Assembly: GCA_026026165.1 (NCBI GenBank)
Contig: JAPEUD010000011.1
Coordinates: forward strand, 434,001-498,000
DNA from: Sarea resinae
Taxonomy: Eukaryota
Reading direction: 5' to 3'
Length of the DNA stretch: 64,000 nt
Both the position numbers and the translations under genes were made by a program. The notes under the pieces are model-generated. The model saw only the letters and a program-made list of their open reading frames with translations, did no database searches and was not told the DNA's origin. Numbering within the stretch: the first letter of the stretch is position 1; the number at the start of each line of letters is the position of its first letter. Below are positions 52,082 to 62,100 of the stretch, in pieces.

Positions 52082-52199
52082 ATTCTAAACGCTCTACTAA
52101 TATAGTAGTAGACTAGGTAAGATAGCGACAATAAATACATGTAATACTATAAAGGCTCTTAATACTCTACTAGGTGAAGGAGCTAATAGAGATAATAGT

Positions 52200-55100
52200 A
52201 AGACAATAGCAAGCTAGGTAGAAGGCAAGGTTAAAGAGCCTGTCTCTAACTAGATCACTAATTAATTACTAGACTAAATATAGTAAGAGTATAACGCTAA
52301 AGAGTAACAAGCTTAATATTATTAACTCTAGAGAGAGATAGCCTAGTTCTATATAGAACAGCAACTATAAGCACTTGCATAAGCATTGCAGCTAGGATAA
52401 GGCCTTGCAGCCGCTACGCTAGCACCTTGTATCACTAACTAGACTAAAATCTAAGCTCTAAAGCTATTTATAAGTAAGATAATTAAGGAGCATAATAAAT
52501 TTATCTAATTCTATAAGATAGCGTTCTAACTAAGAGCTATTACAAACAAAAGTAATAATGTAGCAAAGGTGCTATATGCTATACAGTACTTAAAAGACAA
52601 ACTAGCGCTAGTATAGCACTAGGTTAAAGAATCTACTAGGAAAGACACCTATACCTAGGATAAATTTGTCTTATTCTTACTAGACTAAGTAGAAGATCTA
52701 GTAAATTAGAGTGGTTTAATATTATAGCTATACTATAACGCTACACAGGTGCTGCACTAGAGTATTAATAGCTTTATAGCTTTCTTAGAACAGATTAAAC
52801 TAGAAGTGCTAGGAGAATAAGATATCTCTAAAGAGCAGCGATACAACTTGTTCTATACTAAGATCTAAAGTGAAATTTACTAGGAACTGCTTTAAACTCT
52901 ACCTATACTACAAAAGTAGAGCGCTGCTATAGCGTTAGCAAACTAGGTAGAAGAACTCCTCTATATAAGTAATAAAGAGAATAAGAATAAGAACTCTAAT
53001 CTATCTAAGCTAGATAATAAGCAACAGCATAGCAATAGTATAAAGAAAGGAAGAAGTTAGAATAAATAAAGAACTAAATAAAAGTTTAATCCTACTAAAC
53101 ACAAGGGTAAAAGCCTACCTCTATAAGAACAAAAAACTTCTGCTTAGCCTAAGAATAATAAAGGCAATAAGACTATATAGTAGCCTTAACAGCTCTCTAA
53201 TAAGGAGTATTACTACAGGTAAGAAAGTAACCTTTGCCTAAACTATAGCTAAAAGAGCTACTTTACTTCTACTTATAAGAATAAATATAATAATAGGCCT
53301 ATACTAGCTTTATAACTAGAGCTAGAACCCTACACTATTTGCTATCTTAGTGTAAGAGAATCTTAAGGAGCTCTAACTCTAAGATTAAAGATATCACTAA
53401 CTATTTACACCTCTAGTAGTATAGCAGATAGTATTACCTTAATTGATTTAAGAGTAGAAGCTTCTTTAGTTTTACAATTATAGATTAAAGAGCATAGGAT
53501 CTCTAAGGCTAAGCTTAGGCAGCTACCTAGTGTAGTAATAGTAAATAGCTTGCAAGTAGCAATCTATAGCTAACACTAATTAGAAATACAAGTTGCTAAT
53601 AGTAATAGTATAAGAAGGATAGTGTAGTGCTAGTTCTTTACCTACAACTTTAATAGTCCTTTATTCTTGCTTAGGTATCTATAGCTATCCTTATACTACT
53701 ATAATATATGTTAGTTAGAAGGTAAATTCAGCTATATTAAGCCTATAGATAAGCCTAGGCTTAGTAAGGAACATTAGAAGAAACGTTAGCTAAACTACTA
53801 AAGGATTATAGTAGTGCTTAAACCTATAGAGGTAGTAAAGCTTTGCTAGGTTAGCGCTAGTAATAAGATACCTAAATAGTATAAGGAATTTGCTTCTGTC
53901 TTTAGTAAAGAGAAAGCTAGCTAGCTTCCTAAGCATAGCCTAGCTAACTATACTATAGAGATAGAGAGTAAAGACTCTCTCTATAGACCTATATACCTAT
54001 TATCCTAAAAGAAATTAGGTGTCCTAAGAGGATACCTTAATAATAGCTTAGTAAAGAGGTAGATTACTCTCTTTATAAGCCCTATTAGTGCGCTAATCTT
54101 ATTTATACCTAAGAAAGATAGTAGCTTATAACTTTATATTAACTACTAGGCGTTAAATAAGGTCACTATTAAGAATTAATACGTATTACCCCTTATTTCT
54201 AAGCTTATAGACTAAATAAGCAGTGCTAAAGTTTTTTTTAAAACTAGACCTAAGAGATGCCTACTACTATATAAGGATCTGCAAAGGTAATAAGTATAAG
54301 ATAGCAATCTGCACTTGTTATAGCTAGTTTAAATATAAGGTTATGCTCTTTAGATTAGCTAATGCACCTGCTATATTTTAGAGCTATATTAATTATATAT
54401 TATAAGGCCTAGTTAATGTCTGCTGTGTTATCTATCTAGATAACATTCTTATATACTCTAATTCACCTAATAAGTATAAGAAGTATATACACTAGGTCCT
54501 TAAACAGCTAGCAACCTATAGCCTATATACAAAGCCTTTAAAATATGTCTTTAGAGTGTAAGAAGTTAATTTCTTAGGATTTGTTATTAGGACTAATAGT
54601 ATTGCAATAGAGAAGAGCTAGGTAGACACTATAAAAGAGTGGCTAGCCTTTAAGACCTATTATAACCTCTAAGTCTTCCTAGGATTCGCGAATTTCTACT
54701 AACAGTTTATAGAGAAATACTCTGTTAAAGCGCTGTTATTAACTAGCCTGCTTGCTAGGAATAAGAATAGAAAGAAAAGCAGTCTATTCTACTTCTCTAA
54801 AGAAGCTAAGGAAGTATTTAAAGCCCTAAAAGAAGCTTTTACAACAGCGCCTATACTGCGCTACTATAATCTAAAGAAGTAGATATAAGTAGAAACAAAC
54901 GCTTCTAGATTTGTTGTTGCAGCAATTTTATCCTAGCTAGTTAAGGATAAATAAGGTATTATAACAGCGTTAAAGTAGCACCTAGTTGCATACTAGTCTA
55001 GAAAGCTTACTAATACTAAATCGAGATATAAAGTGTATAACTTAGAATTACTAGCTATTGTAATAGCTTTTAAGCAATAGCGCTACTACTTAGAAGAGGC

Positions 55101-57460
55101 TAATTACTCTATTAAGGTCTTAACTAACTATGCAAATCTACACTACTTTATAATAACAAAGGAGTTAACCTATTGCTAGGCTAGATAGGCTAAACAGCTA
55201 GCAGCATATGATTTTAAACTTATATATAGAGTAGAGAAAGCTAATCTAGCTAACAGGCTGTTGCAGCGCCCTAATTACAAGGTAAAGATATAGAGTCTAG
55301 AAGTAATGCTTTCTACTTTGTAGCAGAAGCTGCAGAACCTATATATGTTAAAGAGAGATAGCACTACACTAGTAATTTAAAACCTTCTTACTAGAACAGA
55401 TAATAAGTATCTAGGCAAAATAGGCGCTAATACACTAAAGGATAATATGTATCTATAAGAGATTAAAAACCTCTCTAGGTTAGAGGATAACACTCTGCCT
55501 ACTATTAATAAGCAATAGCAACGCACTAGGATAACACCTAGTTTAAGTGTAAAGGATAATATACATCTATAAAGGATTAAAACCCTTTCTAAGTTATAGG
55601 ATAAAACCTAGCCTAATGTTAAAGAGCAATAAGGAGGCACTAAAGTGACACCTAGGCCTAGCCTAAATAATAATGCTAATAAGCTAGTATTAAGAGATAA
55701 GTTTAAACACCTCTATATAAGATAAGTAGTGTATAAGGCAGCTGCTAATAAAAGAGTGTATAAGCTGCTAACAAGCTAGCTGCTTAATATTATCCTTAGG
55801 ACTTAGTAGAAAGATTATTTTACTAAGGAAAAGATTAAAAGCATTTCTACTAAAGAGGTTACAGGCTAAGAAAAGTAGAAAATAGACTCTATAGGCCTGC
55901 TACACTTAGAAGGCAAAGTATATATACTATGTGATACAGCTATTAGGTTAGAAATTATAAGGATTAACTATAATAACTTGTTTAGTAGCTACTTTAGCGC
56001 TAAGAGAATAATAAAGGTAATCTAGTGTAAATACTAGTAGACTAATTTAGCTAAGGATATTAAAGAATATATTAATAAGTGCGATATATATTAAAGGGTC
56101 TAGGTGCCTAGGCATTGCCTATATAGCGAGCTATAGTCGTTACCTATACTCTACTAGCTGTTTAAAGAAATCACTATAGATTTTATAACAGGCTTACTAC
56201 TAAGTAATATAAGAGATTGCAAGGCCTATAATATAATAATAGTAGTAGTTAACTGCTATATAAAGATAGCGAAATATATTCTATGCTAGACAAATCTAAA
56301 TGCCACTATACTTGCAGATATATTTATTAACATTATAATAACAGTGTATAGCAATCTAAAGCGCATTGTATTAGATTAGAGCAGTGTATTTACAAGTAAG
56401 TTTTAGTTAGCAATATACTATTAAATGCGAATTAAGAACTAGCTTAGCACTACCTTCTACTTACAGATAGATAGCTAGACTAAGAGGTAAAACTAGACGT
56501 TAGAACACTACTTACAGTGCTATATAAGCAGCTGCTAGGATAACTAGGCCCTACTATTACCTATAGCTAAGTATGTATATAATAATAGCATACATTTATC
56601 TATAGGAATATCACTCTTCTATGCCTTATATAGCTATAACCTAGATCTGCAACTTAATATCGCAGATAATACTATAGAGAGAGAGGTGCTAGCAGTAAAT
56701 AAGCGCCTTAATATCCTCTAAGAGGTAAGATAAAGACTAGAAGAGAATCTTACTAAGGTATAGCAGTACTAAGCTAAGTAGTATAATAGGAAATATAAGC
56801 TAATACAATATAAAAAGAGCGATAGAGTTATGCTGTTAGTGTGTAACCTTAGCACTATACACCTAAGTAAGAAATTAGAACACTACTATATAGGCCTATT
56901 TATAGTACTTAACCTTATAGGTAAGTAAGCCTACTAGTTATAGCTCTCTAAGGCTTATAGATCTATCTATCTTATATTCTATATATCGCTACTTAAGTGC
57001 TACTATAGCGATAGCAATACCTTAGACTAGCACTTTAAGCTAGTTAATAGCTAGGTTAAGTAGATTATTAAGAAAATCCTAGGCTATAGAGTACTTAAAA
57101 GAGAGCGATAATATCTAGTTAAGTAGAAAGAAGCTCTAGTAGATAACACTAGCTAAGAGCTAGTAGAGCACTTAGCAAACGCTATAGACCTAGTATAGGA
57201 TTATAAATAGTACTTACTCTCTAACTAGTATAGAGGCCTAGTAAACAAGGAATAGAATGCTAGTATACTGTTAACTAAGCCTTATAGTCAACTAAGAAAG
57301 CAACTACTTAGTGATAGCGCTATAGAGGCAATAGCTAAGAGGCTAAGAGGCTACCTAAGAAAGAATCTACTACTCTATAAGGAACCTCTAGCTAGCCTAG
57401 AGATGCTAGTAATAAAACGCCTATAAGGAAGGCTATAGAAGTATAGCCTAAAGCTATAAG
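52200..57460 (+). pseudogene. RIP-destroyed gag-pol polyprotein (ends approximate)
   Basis: De-RIPed motifs: CCHC knuckle (~53235), protease LIDSGAE (53439), RT YLDDILIYS (54433), RNase H VETDAS (54889), integrase HHCC (55966-56095), ITMDF (~56170), GPF (~56892) and chromodomain W..EKILGHR...YLVKWK...SWEP..HL (57061-57175). Confidence 0.9.
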
Positions 57461-57829
57461 TAATTGTAGGAAAGAGACTTTATAGCTGTCTAAGAAAGGA
57501 CACGCTGTTACAGCACTAGTAAGGAGCTGCTATTAGAACTCTTTCTACTTTATTTACCTATAAAGGTTTTTAGGTGGTTTTAGTAAGCTAGCAAAGGGGT
57601 AGGCCTGTAATACTATAGCGTGCTAATAGTGTATAGTCTCTATAAAGGGCTATTAGGTAATAGAGCAATAAAGCTACACAGCTACAATGCTATAGTTATA
57701 AGAGGAGATAAAGTTATAGAAAAGAAAAGTGAAATTAACCTCTAGCGCTATCCTAGCGCATAACCCACGCGATCTAGTATACAAATAAAAATAAAAAGAC
57801 TACTATTCTATTATCTAACTACTTTGTCT

Positions 57830-58509
57830 TACCTAACTCTAAGAGCTCTAATTAGCCTAATTGCTAGTATTTTTCTAAAGCGTTATTATATTATTATTAT
57901 CTTTATTATCGCTCTTACTTGCGCGTGTAATAGATAGCAAATTAAACTAGATAACTAGGTTAGCGCTGTTATATCTCTAGCGTTCTACATGCAACTTACA
58001 ACGAACTAGAGAATATTATTAAGGCTTTTAACGCTATCTACAAGTTGTTCTATTGCTATAGCTATATAGAGAGCATTATTAGATAAGTGCTTATTAGCAG
58101 TGTTTATATAGGCTTTAACCTAGCAAGTGAATCGCCTCTATAAGTTGTAGAGCGTAGCAGCTAATAGCTCCTTAATAAGGTTGTTATTAGTGTAGCTAAC
58201 TACTATATTAGCTGCCTTAGTAAGCTAGTTTAGGCGCTTACAAAAGACTATTAGCACCTTTAGCACACTAGGTTAGAGTCTAGCTAGCACTATATAAGAG
58301 TCACCTACCTAACTACACTTCTTATACAACTAAGTATATTAAGTGCACTTTGTAGCTAATAAGGGCTTTATATAGACAATATCTAGTGTAGACCTAATAA
58401 CTTTAGCGCAGCAAAGGCAGACATTCTAATTTAGTCCTATAAGCTTTTAGAGAGCAGTAGCAGGCTAGTGCACATGTAGTAAAGAGGTGGTAAAGCGTCT
58501 AGCGTTTAT
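57830..58509 (-). pseudogene. RIP-mutated antisense three-exon gene inside the retrotransposon encoding a Zn2Cys6-like protein (ends approximate)
   Basis: The minus-strand frame reads C-L-C(R)-C-AKVIRSTLDIV-Y(C)-IKPLLATK-C-T*-Y(C)-T*LYKK-C. Introns GTAGGT..CTAAC..AAG (58308-58258) and GTAAGT..GCTAAC..TAG (57999-57947) keep the frame into a helical region and an acidic tail. Confidence 0.7.
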
Positions 58510-58880
58510 AATAGGTAGATAGAGCATATAGAATATACCTAAAAACATAGTGTAAAAAGTTTAATTATACACGCGCGCACTAGATCACCTATGTTTTATA
58601 CCTACACACCTATAGTTAAGCAACCTCTAAGTAATAGAGAGAATACCTAATGCAGATAGTTTAAAGCATTTACTCTATCTATTTACTACTACTACCTTAG
58701 CGCAGTGTTTAGCAAACTAAGCAAATAGGATAAAGAACTCTCTTTATTATCTATATAAATTCACTGTTTGCAGCGAATAGCAACGCTACTAAGGTGCTAG
58801 CAAGATAAAGACTTAACACTATAATGTTATACATTGTAAATAAAGGACCTAGAGGACTAGGTCTTAAGAGAGAAGGTAAT

Positions 58881-59189
58881 TATAAGGGCTACTACTAATA
58901 GAGGTGCTATATACAGCTTAGCGCAGCGTAGAGTAACTACCTAGTGTAGTTTAGTAACGTTTAGGTAAGCTAAGCAGAGTTATTAGTTATATAGATTAAT
59001 AGAGGCGCTAGCTATTAGAGCTAGCGTTTAGTGCAATTATAAAGTTAGTGCCTACTAGCAATATCTATATCTATAGTATTAGTTCTGCATTGCTAGAGTG
59101 ATACTAGTATGCTGCAGTGCACTAGCCTATTTAATTGTGCTATTCCTACCTACTCTACTATAGCTAGAAGTCTAGGAGGCAGTCTAACA
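58881..59189 (+). repeat. 3' LTR (309 bp)
   Basis: Direct repeat of 51773-52081, preceded by a polypurine tract and followed by the TSD CTGCT. Confidence 0.95.
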
Positions 59190-62100
59190 CTGCTATAGAT
59201 ATTACTTTATTAACCTAAGTTAAGATAGGCTTAAGGCAAGTGATTTATATATTAAGTAAGCTTTATATGTTTAGCGTTCTATTAAAGATTGCAGTTATTA
59301 CTAGAGTCATACTCTATAAGTAGGTGTTAATAAGAAGAGGTTTAGTTATCTTATCTAAAGCCTTACTATAGCTTATAATAAGAGATAAATTATAGTCTTT
59401 ACCTATTATAGAATAACAACTCTTTTTAGTAAGTAGAGAAGCTACTAATAGACTAGTTAATCCTAAGATTATAAGTTCTTATTAGGAAGATTAATTAGCT
59501 TTAGTATAGAGAGAGACTTACCTCTTACTAGAATATTCCTCTAGCTACTATCCTATGCTACACTATAGGAAAATAGAGGCGCTTAGTTAATACTCTACTC
59601 TAAGGTAATGCAAAACAATAAAGAATTTACTGTCTGATTTTACTAGATCTTCTAGCTCTCTATTATTACTTATAATATAAGGTTATACAAGTAGGCTAAG
59701 AAAAGAATGTCTAAACAGACTCTATTACTTGTGTTATTAGATGTCTTTAAGAAGAATAATTTTAAAGTTATACTCTTAAAAATAAGGCTGTAAGTGTAGA
59801 CTAAGGTTAAATTTTATAGGTAGACTAATAGCAGGACACTAAGAAGATAATTTCTATTACAGACAACTAATAAATTATTAGAATTATTAGGAGATAATAA
59901 TAACGCTACTATCTAAGTAATAGGTAGTAAGAGAGATATCTTAGAGGTAGAGAGGTTAGCAACTCCTAAGGTAGTAGAAGTAAAGTTAGTAATAGAGTAT
60001 AATAATATACTAACTGAATTTAAACTAGTATTAATCCTATCTATCCTAATAAGTTAAGCTATTACTAGAGTTAAAGAGTAGAGAAAGAGAGCAGATAGAA
60101 TGTAAAGCGTTAATATAATTAAAGGTTGTTAGTATTAATAAATTTATGTTTAAAATAGAGGATCTAAAAGGAGATGCTTGCGATTTAAAGTAGAATGCAA
60201 GAATATAAACACCTTTTAAATAAAAAAAGAGGGTTATAATGTGTATAGAATTGTAGCTACTTTCTAGACAGGTTACTATTAACCTTATTATTGTATGTAG
60301 TAATACAAGTAATATTAAAGCATAAGTATAAATAGGTGTAGGAACTCTTATATAGAAGAGTATAAATTTAACATTTATAGGCTGCATTTAGAGGCTACAT
60401 TTAGGTGTTAGTGCAGGTGGCTAATAAGGACTGTAATAGGATTGTTAGGTGTCTAAGTAAACAACTAAAGGTCTAAAGGCTAAACTATATATTGTCTTTT
60501 AAGCGCAGTGTCTCTTAGTACTCTTATAACTTTAATGCCTATATAAAGTTTAAGAAATACTCTAAAGCACTTATACTACTTAAAGGAACTCACTACCTCT
60601 TTGCTTTAATACTAGGTGCAAAGTATAGTTGTAAAATTATATTCTATCTATAATTGTTCTTTATTACACGCTATATCTCTTAGTGCCCTTATAACTTTCT
60701 TTCTTGCAAATACCTGTATAAAGTACACTTGCTATTATATGTGTCCTTATATAACTTAACTATTTCTAAAGGCACTATCTTTCTAAGACTATAGCTATAA
60801 ATTTAATAATTGCATATTATTCTCTATTAAGCGCTATATCTGTTACTGCCTTTATAAGTTCTTAGCAATGCATTTATAGTTATTGTTTTACACGCCTTAA
60901 TACATAACTTAGCTTATCTTTAAAGGCGCTATCTTTTTAAGTAAACAATTGCAAATTTTAATCCTAAGCCTTTAGTTTTCTTAAGTAGAGTGTCTACTTA
61001 GGTACTTACTAGGTAGGTAGAGGTAGAAGAACCTGCCTAGGTATAGGTATTAAGTACCTATACCCTAATTAACCTGCCTAATAAGACCTAGTAGGTAGGT
61101 ATAGGTACTTGTTATATAATATAAAGATAGTAGCTAAAATAGCATAGATTGTAAGGCATGTTTTATAGAGCATTAAAAAGCCGCTATTACTCTATAAATA
61201 TTACCTATATATATTACTAAGTCTATTAAGTCTTTATTATAGACTAAGTAAAGTAAAGACTAAAGATACTAAAAGGCAAAGAAAAACTATAAGCCTCTTA
61301 TAACTTCCTATAACCTGTGACTAGAAGACTAGAAAAGCTATAATTGTATCTCTAACTGCATCTCTAATTGCATCTCTAATTGCGCTACTAGGACTAGTAA
61401 AACCTTAGAGCTAATGCTATAGAAACTTAACCTATATATCACTAGAGATCTAGATACTAAAGCCCTTTATTAAAGCCTTAATAAACTAAGTGTCTTTATA
61501 ATTAATAGTTATACAGTTCTAATAAATGCAGGCCTAAAGCACATCTAGAAAAATTAAGTATAAGATAGAAGAAGAGATTCTCACTTTTAAAGAACCTAAC
61601 TATAAAAGCCTTAGTAGCTTCTTACAAGGTATATATAGCTAATAACTAAAAACAGAGCTCTCTAGAGAGGTAGTAGTAATAAGATATAACCTTACAGACT
61701 AGGCGCTAGAAAGAGAGCTTTAGAATAACTAAATTAATAGATTTTTACAATCTCTTAATTTTATAGAGTGCAGATGCTATAGTGTTTAAATGTTACTATA
61801 ATATGTTACCTTTAGAGTTTAGAGACTAAGACTTACTGCCTAGACAAGTGTAATAGAGTTAGATTAGTTTAGATACACTATAAACCTTACTATAACTATA
61901 AAAGGCAGTATCCTTATAAACCTATGCTTTTATAGTATCTTTATAGGCCTTTTAGCGTTTAGTATATATACTAGTGTAAGGGATCAAACTAGATCGCACT
62001 AGATAAGTGCTAGACAGTTCTAAAGATATAGGAACCGCTAAATTATAATAGCGCTGCTATACTTAATAGTTGTTAAGTGTGTTACTATCTTAGGCCTTAC

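Larger units (their letters stand above)
51773..59189 (+). mobile_element. Full-length RIP-inactivated Ty3/Gypsy chromovirus LTR retrotransposon (7417 bp), 5-bp TSD CTGCT
   Basis: Two 309-bp direct repeats (TATAA..., i.e. RIPed TGTAA..., ending TAACA). CTGCT at 51768-51772 and 59190-59194. Purine tract AAGAGAGAAGG before the 3' LTR. Domain order gag-PR-RT-RH-IN-chromo. Confidence 0.95.

Noticed and set aside
60046..60387. 113-aa hydrophobic ORF resembling a membrane protein
   Set aside because: The hydrophobicity follows from AT bias after RIP; no recognisable motif.
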